Source: Eledone cirrhosa
Taxonomy: Eukaryota
Assembly (NCBI GenBank): GCA_964016885.1
Contig: OZ024740.1
Coordinates: 111,600,001 to 111,664,000, forward strand
Length of the DNA: 64,000 nt
Direction of reading: 5' to 3'
Shown here piece by piece: positions 27,414 to 41,280 of this stretch; the first letter of the stretch is position 1; each line of letters begins with the position of its first letter. Both the position numbers and the translations under genes were made by a program. The notes beneath the pieces were generated by a model, which searched no databases, was not told the DNA's origin, and saw only the letters and a program-made list of their open reading frames with translations.

Positions 27414-30400
27414 CTACAGGCTTATAAACAGAGAAGGCCCAATCGCTCGGGCCATTTTCGCTTCATTCACCCACCTTTCAGTAAATTTACTGGGGTGCAG
27501 TGCCTCTCTCTCCACCCTGATTCTCCTTCTAAAGTGATACTTAAAGAATGGAATCAATTGTTGTCCGGAGAGAAAGGCATCTGTCTTCAGTCCTCTCAAC
27601 CTCGTCCACCATATGACTTCTTTCACCATAGCCACAGAGGAAAACCGCCTCTCTTTCGTTTTTGAAAGAGTCTGGCGGTTTGATCCTTACTATGGACTCG
27701 GCAGTCAACTGTATTTGTCCCATACGCGACAGCAGTTGTTCTGCATAGTTCCACAGGTCGCTTACGCCCGGGCAGTGTACAATTGCGTGCAGAACTGTTT
27801 CAATGTCCTGCGCACATCTTGGACACGTCCTCTTGGAAGGATCCCTGCCAGGGCGTCCGTGCCTGTAGATCTTGTCACGAACCGGTAGAGCTCCTCGGTA
27901 GCACTGCCAGGCCAGGGACCTCTGGAAGTTGTCCATAGGTCCCGGGCGGAAAGTCCTACCAAACATACTGGTGAGCTCATCGTCTTCGACGCCCAGAGTC
28001 TCTCCGAGCACATCGTCGCCCTTGTAACGTACAATCCCTCTATAGAATGTCGAAGTGGAGTCTCCACTGATTGCTGCGCCCGCTTGCCAGAGGACTGTGA
28101 GCGCCTGAGCGCATTCAATGTGCCAGGCGCCCATCGTTTTCGGTCTTTTCTTCACCCAGGACTGCAGCTCCGTTAGCGAGACGAGCTGTGGGAAAGCCTG
28201 TCTCACAAACGGTGCCCACACCGGTTGGGGGTCGGTGAGGAATACCTGGAGATGCCGCAGCCTCAGCGCATATTTGCGCATCATCAGCCACGGCATTCCC
28301 AGCCCTCCGTTGGAAGGGTGCTGACAGCAGACGGATCTCCTCACCAGCGGAGCCTGCTTCTTCCACAGAAACTGGAAGAGCATGCGTTCCATCTTGGCGA
28401 GGTGTTCACGGGGACAAGGCACGACAGTCAAGCGGTGGTAGATGACGGACGCTATGAAAGTGTTCGCCACCTCCGCTCGACCTTTCAAGGAGAGTTTGCA
28501 CTCTGCCCACTTCTGAGTGAGTGCAAACACCTTGGCCGTGACCTCGTTCCAGTTTTTTTCCACCTGGAGGTCTGGACCGAACCAGACCGCGAGCAATTTC
28601 ACCGGTCCGTCCGTCCAGCGTCCAACGACGCTGTCGGATGTCATCGGTTTGCCTCTCCACGTACCGAGTTGCAAACCGACAGACTTGTCTGGGTTTAGTT
28701 TTGCTCCCGTCAGCGTTTCGTATTCTTTCAGTATGTTGCCGATCACCCCGATTTCCGAGGTGCTCGACACCATTACTGTCACGTCGTCGGCATAAGCCGA
28801 CGCCGCTTTGCGCAGTCCCGGTTCTAGGGGGATGCCCTGCAACAGCTCCAATTTCCGCAGTAGTGGCTCTAGAGTCAATACATACAGAATGGAGGAGAGA
28901 GGGCATCCCTGTCGAATGGAACGCGTGATTGCGAACGGCTCCGATAGGTAGCCGTTCACCTTGACCCTCGAGCAGATGCTGGTGTGCATCGCCTCGATCC
29001 ATCCTCTGAACACGGGACCGAAACCGGCCGCCTTGAGAACCGCTTCCAAGTATCGATGGTCGACCCTATCGAATGCCTTAGACTGATCCAAGTTGATCAG
29101 AGCCCCACCGAAGCCGGGTTTACTACCCACCCTCTCTATGATGTATCGCATGAGGTGGAGGTTGTCGTGTATGGACCTGGTCGGGATTGCACACGTTTGC
29201 GCTTTCCCTACCAGGTTCTCGACGACAAGCGCCAACCTCGTCGCTAGCACCTTGGCCAAAATCTTTAACTCTGTGCTGAGCAGAGTTATGGGCCTGAAGT
29301 TGTTAATTTCGTACCCCTTGTTCTCGTCTTTCCTGATCAGCGTTACTACGCCCTTGCCTGCAGAACTGGGAATTCTCCCGTTCTGCTGCCAATTGCAGTA
29401 GACGGCTTCGAGGACGCCAGAGAACAAGTCCGGCATGCCTATGTAAAATTCGTAGGGTAGACCATCTAGACCGGGTGACTTGCGTTTCCCGCAGCGGCCC
29501 AGAGCGTCCCGTATCTCAGTGTCCGTGATCGGTCTTTCGCAGAACTCGGCGTCCGTGTTCGAGAGACGCGGCAGGCCGTCGAGGTATGAACTAAAGTCCA
29601 TTGTCCCGTTCGGCTCACCGTCGTTCTGCTCAAACAGTCGCGCAAAGTGCCGCTGAAAGGCCGCGCACATTTGCTTGGGGTCAAGTAGCACGCGTCCGTT
29701 TTGGTCTTTCAAAGACCGAATCGTGGACTTGTTGCCACTTTTTGCCTCCGCCACTCGGGCCCAGCTGACAGCTTTCGCTCCTTCGTTTCCTAGAGCACGT
29801 GTTTTGCTTCTGACCACGCAGCCTTCGTGTTTCGCATCGAAGAACTGGTCCAGTGCCGTTCTCGACGCTAACACTCTAGCCGCGTTGCCACTTCTAAGTG
29901 CCTCCTCTACCTTGGCTACTAGTTCTCTTTCTATTCTGTTTTTCTCTAAGGCTAACTCTCTGCTATACCATATCGATTCTATTCTAATTGCTTTCTTGAG
30001 AGAGTACCACCATCTATTGTTGACGATGGCTCCCGTTAACTGTTGCTTGACTAGTTTACTTATCCGTTCACTGTAAGCTTTACGTGCCGGCAACGACACG
30101 TTCAGCTTCCAGTATCCGGGACCCTGTCTATGTATTCTATCACGGTTGACTAAGTAGACGACTAACTTGTGATCTGAACAGGCAACCATGTGCATTCGTG
30201 GACAGCTTAACATATCCTTGTCCCTTTCTCTAATGAAGAACCTATCTAAATACGATCTAGATGTCCCACTGCGGTTTACCCACGTCCACTGTGGTGCAGT
30301 CGGGAAATCCAGTCGATACCTATCGGCCAGTTGGAATTGGCCGATTAAAGTTTTGAGGCTGTTGCACCCCTCTCTACTGGGACATGCTCCCACATAGTCC

Positions 30401-30853
30401 CATCGTGCATCTAGGATACCATTCCAGTCCCCCACTAAAAGTAAGGAGCGAGACGTTCCTAGAAAAGACTGTAGACGCTTAAAGAAATCTGGCCGTGATC
30501 TGATTGCCTGGTCGGGGCATAAACGGCCACCAGTCTGAAGGCTCCACCTCCAATACTGTTCGCGTCTAGGACTACCAGTCTACCCTCCGTGTCCAAGTGT
30601 ACTTGCTGTACTTCGACGTCCAGGTTCTTCTGAAACATGACAACCACTCCCCCTCCACCTCCTGGCTGACAGAGAGATGCGTAGATCTCAAAGTCATCGA
30701 AAGTGGGGGTTAGTTGCTGCCTGTTGTGAATCCTGGACTCAGTGATGGCTTTTAATCTATACCGTGTGATCTAAGGTCGTTTAAAAGTTGGCCTTGTTTC
30801 GAGGGCATCCCTAGGCCACGCACATTCACGGTTCCAACTCGTAAACCAGCCAT
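27414..30853 (-). pseudogene. E1 ORF2: APE endonuclease, reverse transcriptase and C-terminal Zn finger (frameshifted)
   Basis: GDWNG, SRSYLDRF, SDHKLV, GPGYWKLN, KSPGLDG, NFRPITLL, LDQSKAFDRV, RQGCPLS, AYADD, CPRC...HAIVHC; ends GPSLFISL*. Confidence 0.95.
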
Positions 30854-30898
30854 GTTGGTGAAGAAAAGTTGGAGAAAAAGGACGAAAGGTGCACTTAC
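27414..30898 (-). other. Putative GT-AG intron spanning all of E1 ORF2 (3485 nt)
   Basis: Donor AAAG|GTAAGT overlaps the ORF1 stop. Acceptor CCTTCTCTGTTTATAAGCCTGTAG|G is the ORF2 stop. Both are conserved in the other copies. Confidence 0.55.
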
Positions 30899-32772
30899 CT
30901 TTTCGTTTCCTGGAGATCGGGTTGTTCAATCTCCATTTGGGTGCTGGATGGGGTGTTGGGTGGGGTGGGGAAACCTTTCAACAGGACGCGGTTGATGGGT
31001 TTGTGGCAGGGGTTGCCCACGTCCAGTGAAAATTTAATTTTCAGGTCTTTATAGGTTTCCATAGAAACCCTTATAAGTTTAAGGTGTGGAGACGATTCTG
31101 CCTTGACGAAAGTTTTGCCCTCCGTCTCCACCTTGGGGTTTTGGGAGATGACCTCCATCAAACTCTTGTTGTTTGTGTTGATGTATGCGTATTGTTGTTT
31201 GTGTTTTTGTTGTATTGTTTTAGTTTGTTGTTCATCCGGGAGTTTTCTTTTTATGGTGGGTGCTTGTGTTTGGGGTGGTGTTGGTGCTGGTTTTGCTGAT
31301 AGGGGGATGTTTGACTGTGGTGTTGTTTGTGTTGTTGTTTGTGTCTGTGGTTGTGTGTTGGTGTTGGTGATTGGAGTTTTGGGGGTTTTGTGGTGTCTCT
31401 TTTTTTGTTTTTTGGATTTCCGCGGTTCTCCCTCTTCTTCACTTAAAGAAGGAGAAGCAGCTTCATCCGTCGATGAATAATCATCGTCAGGTGTGTGGGG
31501 TAAGGGTATGTTGTGTGGTGGTGGTGGTGTTTCGGTATGTGTGTTTGTGGTAGTGTTTGATGGAGTGGGATGGAGTGGGGATGTGTTCTTCAGGGGTGTT
31601 GTCTCTGTTTTTTCTGTTGTTGTTGGTTGAGTGCCTGTTTGTTTTGGTGTGGTTGCTCGTTTCGTCTGCCGTTGTACTTGTGGTGGTGGTGGTGGTTGTT
31701 TTGGTGTTGGTGTTGGTAATAGCGTTTTTTTTATGATGTTGCTGTTGTGTGTTTGTGGACAAGAGGCTTTTAGGTGAGATGTGCTACCACAGCGAAAGCA
31801 GTGAAATTTTCTTCCTTCTACCGAAATGTTTATTTTGTTGTCATTATCAATAACGACTCTTTCGGGTATTTTGGAGATTCACTCCGGTTTCATTTGCAAC
31901 AGAATCTCCAAATCGGTGCCCGTCCACCTTTGTCGAATGGATTTTCGTATCGAAAGTATTATGTCTGTTTCTGGCTCTACGAAGCCAGCCAAGATCCACC
32001 AGATGTTAATGCTTGGAGGTATGTTTTTTATTTTTATTTTTTGTGTCCTTTTCCCCATGTATGTAGGGAAAAAGGTGTATGCTTTTGACACTATTGGTGT
32101 CACAGAGTTTTTTTGGGCCAGTGCCTCGCTTTTAAACAGTACGGAAACACTTCCGTACTGTCTTCCTCGCTGGAGAAAATCGACATTTCCTAGAATCTCC
32201 TTGAAAGAATCTTCTATATCTGACTGATTAACAAATGTCGGTTTTCTTGACGAATTTGACACAGTCCTAAAAGTGACTGATCGGCGGTTTGTGTCTTCCT
32301 TTATTTCAAGGGGTGAGTTAATTCTAAACCCACCTCTTTCTTCGAAAGTTACAAATGTTCTCCCTTGCTGGAGCATATCTCTTGCGTTGGAGATATCAAG
32401 ATTTATAAAATCTTGTTTCTTGTTGACTGTGTCAGCAAAAGACATTTTCTTTTTTTGTGTGATGTTGTTGTTAATAATGATGTTATCGTTGTTGGAAATT
32501 TTATGTGTAGATGTATCTGTAGAGTTGTTGATGTCTTTTTCATGTGTATGTATGTCAATGGGTTTTTTTGCCGTGTTTTCCCGTGTGTTATTGTCATTTT
32601 TCTCCGCTTCGGCGGTAGAAATTGTAACATTTTCAAATGTTGATATATTTTTTTCTTTTGTGACAGTATCTATGGCAACGTCCATAGCAGCAGAAGCAGA
32701 TATAACGTTAATATCTGCCTCTTTCTCTCTCTTTTCTCTATTAACGTTCTCCAGCGTTCTAGTGTTGCTCAA
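30895..32772 (-). pseudogene. E1 ORF1 (RRM-like region and CCHC zinc knuckle), disrupted
   Basis: Knuckle CFRCGSTSHLKASC at ~31759-31800. Premature TGA at 31879. The C-terminal block KPINRVLLK is shared with E5 and E6. Start codon appears to be ATG mutated to TTG. Confidence 0.85.
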
Positions 32773-32890
32773 GATTTTTTTACTTTGTAAAATTTGATAT
32801 TTTAAAACAAACTTTTAAATAAAATTTTCGCCCCTACAGGGGCGAAAAATGGGATTACCACCCAGCTGACAATTCAGCTTGGGGGTTAAT

Positions 32891-32959
32891 CTACAAAGTG
32901 TTGTATTTTTTTCAAACAATTAGATCGGTTTTTTGCATAGAAATTAACAAAAAACTTAC
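32891..32959 (-). other. Putative 69-nt 5' UTR intron of E1
   Basis: CCG|GTAAGTTTTTTG...CTAAT...CACTTTGTAG|. The same position and near-identical length occur in E5. Confidence 0.6.
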
Positions 32960-32990
32960 CGGCGATATTCCACACGTTAGACAGAAAGAG

Positions 32991-33027
<37 letters not shown>

Positions 33028-33029
33028 TA

Positions 33030-34824
33030 TTTCTTTATTAGCCACAGGGGCACAAAAGAAGGGGACAAATACAAAGGGGGAAGTTTACATACAATAAAAA
33101 CGTGTAAAATGTTATCACAGATGGAATTTAAAAGTTAGTCGATTTTCCCCAATAGAGGGAGACAGTTTATATGGGTAACACATACCCCCGAAAAAAATGT
33201 GCAACCCTCATCTCCAGGAGTACGAAGAGCTTGTACTCCTTTCCTCTCCTCCTCCTTTTCCTCAATCTACAGGCTGATATAGAGAGAAGGCCCATTCACT
33301 CGGGCCATTCTCGCCACTTTCACCCACCTTTCATAAAACTTGCTGGGGTACAGCACCTCTCTCTCCATCCTGATTCTTCTTCCAAAGTGGTATTTGAAAA
33401 AAAGAATCAGTTGTTGGCCGGAGAGAAAGGTGTCTGACCTCAGCCCTTTCAACCTTGTCCACCATACAACCTCTTTCGCCATAGCTATCACACAAAGGAA
33501 AACCGCCTCTCCTTCGTTTTTGAAGGAGGGTGGCGGTTTGATCATGAAAATGGACTCGGTGGTCAACTGGATTGGTCCCACCCGCGACAATAGTCGTTCT
33601 ACATATCCCCACAGGTCAGTGACGCCCGGGCAGTGTATGAATGTGTGCACGACGGTTTCTTCGTCTCGCACGCACCTCGGACAGATCTTTTTTGCAGGGT
33701 CCCTGCCCGGGCGCCCATGTCTGTAGAGCTTGTCTCGAACTGGTAGAGCTCCTCGGTAGCACTGCCAGGCCAGGGACTTTTGGAAGTTGTCCATCGGTCC
33801 CGGGCGGAAGGTCCTACCGAACAGACTGGCCAGTTCATCTTCCTCCACGCCTAGAGTTTCACCGAGCGCGTCGTCGCACTTGCTGCGGACCAACCCTCTA
33901 TAGAATGACGAAGTGGAGTCTCCACTGACCGCCGGGTCCGCCTGCCAGAGGGCTGTGAGCGCCTGAGCACATTCGATGTGCCAGTCGCCCATTTTCCTCG
34001 GTCTCTGCTTGACCCAGGACTGCAGCTCGGTCAGTGAGACGAGTCGTGGGAAGGCTCGCCTCACGAACGGGGCCCACACCGGTTGTCCGGTGAGGAATAC
34101 GTAGAGATGCCGCAGCCTGAGCGCGTGTTTGCGCATCGTCAACCACGGCATCCCCAGCCCTCCGTTAGAAGGGTGTTGGCAGCAGATGGATCTTCTTACC
34201 AAAGGAGCCCGCCTCTTCCAAAGGAATCGGAAGAGGGCGCGCTCCATTTTGGCGAGCGTTTTGGCTGGACAAGGCACGACGGTCAAGCGGTAGTAGATGG
34301 CGGACGCTATAAAAGTGTTCGCCACCTCCGCTCGACCTTTCAAGGATAGTTTGCACTCGGCCCACTTCTGGGTGAGTGCAAACACCTTGGCCGTCACTTC
34401 GTTCCAGTTCTTCTCCACCTGGAGGTCCGGACCAAACCAGACCCCGAGCAGCTTTACCGGTCCTTCCGTCCAGCGTCCGACGACGCCATCGGAAGGCATC
34501 GGTCTGCCTCTCCACGATCCGAGTTGCAAACCGATGGACTTGTCCCGGTTCAGCTTCGCTCCTGTGAGACTTTCGTATTCCTTTAGTAAGGTGCCGACTT
34601 TCTCGATTTGCGAGGCGCTCGACACCATTACTGTCACGTCGTCGGCCTAGGCCGACGCCGCTTTCCGCAGTCCCGGTTCCAGAGGGATGCCCTGCAATAG
34701 CTCCAGCTTCCGCAGTAGTGGCTCGAGAGTCAGTACGTACAGAAGGGAGGAGAGAGGGCATCCCTGTCGAATGGATCGCGTAATATGGAACGGCTCCGAG
34801 AGGTAACCGTTCACCTTGACCCTT
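33030..34824 (-). mobile_element. Tx1 element E2, 5'-truncated within RT
   Basis: ORF2 C-terminal 456 aa ending GPSLYISL* at 33267. YADD tyrosine mutated to TAG (~34648-34650). (GATA)n on both sides. Confidence 0.95.
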
Positions 34825-34868
<44 letters not shown>

Positions 34869-34870
34869 TA

Positions 34871-36182
34871 TTTCTTTTATTTGCCACTAGGGCATCAAAA
34901 GTGGGACAAGTACAAAGGGGGGAGTTTACACAAAAAGGCGTCCTCAATAAGGAGGAGGCAATAACAAAATATAAAAATAAAATAAGATATAACAAAAAAT
35001 AAAATTTTTAACAAAATCCTCAATAGAGAGGAGGCGCCTTGGGGGGTCGCACACACCCCCGAAAAAGGTGTGCAACCCTTCTCCTCAGGAGCACAGAGAA
35101 GGGGTGCTCCCTTGGTCTTTCATCTTCCTCACCTATAGTCTGATGTAGAGTGAAGGCCCATTCACACGGGCCATTCTCGCCACTTTCACCCATCTTTCAT
35201 AGAAACGGCTGGGGTGCAGCACCTCTCTCTCCATCCTGATCCTTCTTCCGAAATGATATCGGAAGAAACGGACCAGTTGTTGGCCAGAGAGAAAGGTGCC
35301 CGACCTCAGTCCTTTCAGACGCGTCCACCATACAACCTCTTTCGCCATGGCTATTACGCACAGAAACACCGCCTCTGCTTCATCTTTGAAGGGGGGAGGC
35401 GGCTTGATCATTACAATAGACTCGGTGGTCAACCGGATCGGTCCCACCCTTGACAGCAGTTGTTCGACATAGCCCCACAGATCGGCTACGCCCGAGCAGT
35501 GTACTAATGCGTGTGCAACGGTTTCCTCGTCGCACACGCATCTGGGACAGATCTTTTTGGCGGGGTCCCTACCCGGGCGCCCGTGTCTGTAGAGCCTTTC
35601 TCGAACGGGTAAAGCCCCTCGGTAGCACTGCCAGGCCAGGGACTTCTGGAAGTTGTCCATAGGTCCCGGGCTGAATGTCCTACCGAACAGGCTGGCCAGT
35701 TCGTCCTCCTCCATGTCTAGGGCTTCTCCGAGGGCGTCGTCGCACCTGCTGCGCACCAGCCCTCTATAGAATGTTGCGGTGGAGTCTCCACTGATAACCG
35801 GATCCGCCTGCCAGAGGGCGGTGAGCGCCTGGGCACACTCAGTGTGCCAGGCGCCCAGTTTTCTCGGTCTTTGCTTGACCCAGGATTGCAGCTCGGTGAG
35901 TGGGACGAGTCTGGGAAAGGTTCGTCTCACAAACGAGGCCCACACCGGTTGTCCGGTGAGGAATACGTAGAGGTGCCGTAGCCTTAATGCGTGTTTACGC
36001 ATCATTTGCCACGGCATCCCCAGCCCTCCTTTCGAAGGGTGTTGACAGCAGATGGATCTCCTCACCATAGGAGCCCGCCTCTTCCAAAGGAATTGGAAGA
36101 GCGCGCGCTCCATCTTGGTGAGGGTTTCCCTTGGGCAGGGCACTACGGTCAGGCGGTAGTAGATGACGGACGCTATGTAGGT
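34871..36182 (-). mobile_element. Tx1 element E3, 5'-truncated
   Basis: Open ORF2 C-terminus ending GPSLYIRL* at 35133. (GATA)n on both sides. Confidence 0.95.
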
Positions 36183-36249
<67 letters not shown>

Positions 36250-36256
36250 GGATAGA

Positions 36257-39200
36257 TTTCTTTATTTGCCACAAGGGCGCACAAGTAAAGGGGACAATAC
36301 AAGGACATATGCCGGGAATTTTACATACAATCGTGCAAAAAAAGCTTTTTAAAACAAAGAAATTCAACGATCGAAATCCCCAATAGGGGGAGGGGAGACG
36401 TTACAAATGGGTTGTTTAATACCCCGTCGATAGAACAACCCTCAACTTCAGGAGCGTGTTGTGCAAGTGCTCCCTTCTTCCTTTTGCTCTCTTCTTTAAC
36501 CTACAGGCTTATAAACAGAGAAGGCCCATTCACTCGGGCCATTTTCGCTTCATTCACCCACCTTTCAGTAAATTTACTGGGGTGCAGTGCCTCTTTCTCC
36601 ACTCTGATTTTTATTCTAAAGTGATACTTAAAGAGGGGAATTAATTGTTCTCCGGAGACAAAGGCATCTGTCCATTGCCACTGTACAGAGGAAAACCGCC
36701 TCTCTTTCGTTATGAAAGGGGCTGGTGTTTGATCCTTACTATGGACTCGGCAGTCAACTGGATTTGTCCCATACGCGACAGCAGTTGTTCTGCATAGTTC
36801 CACAGGTCGCTTACGCCCGGGCAGTGTACAATTGCGTGCAAGGTGGTTTCAATGTCCTGCTCGCATTGTGGACGCGTCCTCTTGGAAGCGTCCGTCCCTG
36901 TAAATTTTATCTCGAACGGATAGAGCTCCTCGGTAGCACTGCCAGGCCAGGGACCTCTGGAAGTTGTCCATAGGTCTCGGGCGGAAAGTCCTACCGAACA
37001 GACTGGTGAGCTCGTCGTCTTCGACGCCTAGAGTCTCCCCGGGAACGCCGTCGCACTTGTAAAGTGCTAACCCTCTCAAGAATGTCGAAGTGGAGTCTCC
37101 TCTGATTGCTGTGCCCGCTTGACAGAGGACTGTGAGCGCCTGGGCGCATTCAATGTGCCAGGCGCCCATCTTCTTCGGTCTTCGCTTGACCCAGGACTGC
37201 AGCTCCGTCAGCGAGAAAAGTTGTGGGAAAGCGGCCTGTCTCACAAACGGTGCGAACACCGGTTGGTCGGTGAGGAATACCTGAAGATGCCGTAGCCTCA
37301 GCGCATGTTTGCGCATCATTAGCCACGGCATGCCCAGCCCTCCTTTGGAAGGGTGTTGACAGCAGACGGATCTCCTCACCAGTGGAGCCTGCTTCTTCCA
37401 CAGGAACTGGAAAAGCATGCGTTCCATCTTGGTGAGGTATTCACGGGGACAAGGTACGACAGTCAAGCGGTAGTAGATGACGGACGCTATGAAAGTGTTC
37501 GCCACCTCCGCTAGACCTTTTAAAGACAGTTTGCACTCTGCCAACTTCTGGGTGAGCGCAAATACCTTGGCCATGACCTCGTTCCAGTTTTTCTCCACCT
37601 GGAGGTTTTGACCGAACCAGACCCCGAGCAATTTCACCGGTCCTTCCGTCCAGCGTCCCACGACGCTGTCGGATGGCATCGGTTTGCCTCTCCATGTTCC
37701 GAGCTGCAAACCGACAGACTTGTCCAGGTTCAATTTTGCTCCTGTGAAACTTTCGTATTCCTGTAGTAGGTTGCCGATTACCTCGATTTCCGAGGTTTTC
37801 GACACCATTACAGTCCCGGTTCTAAAGGGATGCCCTGCAAAAGCTCCAACTTCCGCAGTAGTGGCTCTATAGTCAATACGTACAGAATAGTGGAGATAGA
37901 GAGCATCCCTGTCGAATGGAACGCGTGATTGCGAACGGCTCCGATAGGTAGCCGTTCACCTTGACCTTCGAGCAGATGCTGGTGTGCATCGCCTTGATCC
38001 AGCCTCTGAAAACGGGACCGAAACCGGCCGCCTTGAGAACCGCTTCCACGTATCGATGGTCGACCCAATCGAATGCCTTAGACTGATCTAAATTGATCAG
38101 AGCCCCACCGAAGCCGGGTTTATACCCACCCTCTCTATGGTGTATCGCATGAGGTGGAGGTTGTCGTGTATGGACCTGGTCGGGATTGCACATGTTTGCG
38201 CTTTCCCTACCAGGTTTTCGACAACAAGCGCCCACTTCGTTGCTAGCACCTTGGCCAAAATCTTTAACTCTGCGTTGAACAGTTTTATGGACCTGAAATT
38301 GTTTATTTCGTCCCCCTTGTTCTTGTCTTTCCTGATCAGCGTTACTACGCCCTTGCCTGCAGAACTGCGAATTGTCCCGTTCTGCTGCCAATTGCAATAG
38401 ACGGCTTCGAGGACGCCAGAGAACAAGTCCAGCATGCCTATGTAAAACTCATAGGGCAGACCATCTAGACCGGGTGATTTGCGTTTCCGGCAGCGGCCCA
38501 GAGCGCCCCGTATCTCAGTGGCTGTGATCGGTCTTTCGCAGAACTCGGCGTCCATGCTCGAGAGACGCGGCAGGCCGTCGAAGTATGAACCAAAGTTCAT
38601 TGCCCCGTTCGGTGCACCGCCCTTCTGCTCAAACATTTGCGCAAAGTGCCGTTGAAAGGCCTCGCATATCTGCCTGGGGTCAAGTAGCACGCGTCCGGTT
38701 TGGTCTTTCAAAGACCGAATCGTGGACTTGTTGCCACTTTTCGCTTCCACCACTCGGGCCCAGCTAACAGCTTTTTCTCCCTCGTTTCCTAGAGCACATG
38801 ATTTATTTATGACCACGCAGCCTTCGTGTTTCGCGTCGTAGAACTGGTCCAGTGCCGTTCTCGATGCTAGCACTCTAGCCGCGTTGCCACTCCTAAGCGC
38901 CTCTTCTACTTTGGCTTCTAGTTCTGTTTCTGATTTGTTTTTCTCTAAAGCTAATTCTCTGCTAAACCCTATCGATTCTACTCTAATTCCTCTCTTGAGA
39001 GAGTACCACCATCTATTGTTGACGATGGCTCCCGTCAACTCTTGCTCAACTAATCTACGTATCCGTTCACTGTAGGCTTTTCGTGACGGCAACGGCACGT
39101 TCAGCTTCCAGTATCCGGGTCCTTGTCTATGTATTCTATCACGGTTGACTATGCAGACGACTAGTTTGTGATCTGAATAGGCAACCATGTGCATTTGTGG

Positions 39201-40566
39201 ACAGCTTAACATCTCCTTGTCCTTTTCTCTAATGAAAAACCTATCTAGATACGATTTAAATGTCCCGCTGCGGTTTGCCCACGTCCACTGTGATGCAGTT
39301 GGAAAATCTAGTCGATATCTATCGGCCAGTTGTAATTGGCCGATTAGATTTTTGAGGCTGTTGCACAATCCTTAACTGGGACATACTCCAACATAGTCCC
39401 ATCGTGCATCTAGGATACCATTCCAGTCCCCCACTAAAAGCAAGGAGCGAGACGTTCCCAGAAAAGACTCCAGACGCTTAAAGAAGTCTGGCCCCGATCA
39501 GATTGCCCGATCAGGGTATAAACGGCCACCAGTCTGAAGACTCCACCTCCAATACTGTTCACTTCTAGGACCACCAGTCTATCCTCCGGGTCCAAGTGTA
39601 CCTGCTGTACTTCGAGATCCAGGTTTTACCGAAACATGACAGTCACTCCCCCTCCACCTCCCGGCTGACAGAGAGATGCGTAGATCTCAAAGTCATTGAA
39701 GATGGGGGTTAGTTGCTGCCTGTTGTGGATCCTGGACTCGGTGATGGCTATTACATCTATACCGTGTGACCTAAGGTCGTTTAAAAGTTGGCCTTGTTTC
39801 CAGGGCATCCCTAGGCCACGCACATTCACGCTTCCCAATCGTAAGTCAGCCATGTTGGTGGAGAAGAATTGTCAAAAAGGACGAAAAGGTTCACTTACCT
39901 TTTCGTTTCCTGGAGATCGGGTTGTTCAATCTCCATATCAGTTCTGGTGTAGGTGCTGAGTGGGGTGGGGAAACATTTCAACAGGACACGGTTTATTGGT
40001 TTTTGGCAGGGGTTGCCAACGTCCTGTGAAAACTTTTCTTTCAAGGTCTGATAGCTCTCTATCGAAACCCTTATTAGTTTTAGGTGTGGTTGAGAGTTTG
40101 CTTCTACAAAATTTTCCCTCAGTTTCTACTTTAGTGTCTTGGGAGATTACCTCCATTAGGTTTTTGTTATTTGTGTTAATGTATGTGTATTGTTGTTTGT
40201 GTTAATGTATGTGTATTGTTGTTTGTGTTAATGTATGTGTATTGTTGTTTGTTGTTTTGTTGTGTTGTTTTGGTTTTGTTGTTCATTTTGAAGTTTTCTT
40301 TTTATGGTGGGCATTTGTGTTTGGGGTGGTGTTGGTGTTTGTTTTGCTGGTAGGGGGTTTGATTGTGGTTGTGTTTGTGTTGTTATTTGTGTTGGTGATT
40401 GTTGTATTTGTGGCTTTGTGGTGTCTCTTTTTTTGTTTTTGTTTTTGATTTACGAGGCTCTCCTTCATCTTCACTTGGGGATGGAGAAGTAGCCTCGTCT
40501 GGTGATGAATCGTCATCAGGGGCGTGTGGGAAAGGTATGTTGTGTGGTGATGGTGTGTTTGTGTGT
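36257..40566 (-). mobile_element. Tx1 element E4 (E1 subfamily), truncated within ORF1
   Basis: Decayed ORF2 from 39853 to 36501 with frameshifts and a deletion over YADD. ORF1 3' part at 39895-40566. (GATA)n on both sides. Confidence 0.95.
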
Positions 40567-40624
<58 letters not shown>

Positions 40625-40625
40625 C

Positions 40626-40664
<39 letters not shown>

Positions 40665-40716
40665 CAGAAGATAGATGGGTAGGTAGATATATAGATAGAC
40701 AGACAGATAGGTAGCG

Positions 40717-40786
<70 letters not shown>

Positions 40787-40815
40787 ACAGTTAGATAGAT
40801 AGATAGATAGATAGA
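40567..40815. repeat. (GATA)n tract
   Basis: Long imperfect GATA run abutting the E4 5' junction. Confidence 0.95.
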
Positions 40816-41161
40816 TTAGTATAAGGAGAGTTGTCATTTAATGAAAGAAGACTTTAGGGTTGTGACTTAATAAAATAGGGAATAGGAAGAGGATGCCCAA
40901 GACATTGAATATCCTTTCAATTTGAAGTTAATTCTATTACTTTATTTGTCAGTGATGCTGATTTTGTTGTTGTTATTGTTGTTGTTGGTGGTTGTCTTGA
41001 TAATATTGTTGTTACTGTCGCAGTTACTGCTGTTGTAGTTGCTGTTGTTGTTGTTGTTGTAGATACTGCTGCTGTTGTTGTCGTTGTTGTTGTAGATACT
41101 GCTGCTGTTGATGTTGTTGTTGTTGTTGTTGTTGTAGATAGTGCTGTTGTTGTTTTTGCCG

Positions 41162-41201
<40 letters not shown>

Positions 41202-41280
41202 AGTTAGTGATGTTTAGTTGTTGTTGTTGTTGTTGTAGTTACTGCTGTTGTTGTTGTTGTTGTTGATGATGATGGTTACT

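Larger units (their letters stand above)
27176..32985 (-). mobile_element. Tx1/L1-clade non-LTR retrotransposon E1, full length (~5.8 kb)
   Basis: Contains 5' UTR, ORF1, ORF2 and a 3' UTR ending AATAAAGAAA. GATA/GACA repeats lie on both flanks. Confidence 0.95.
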
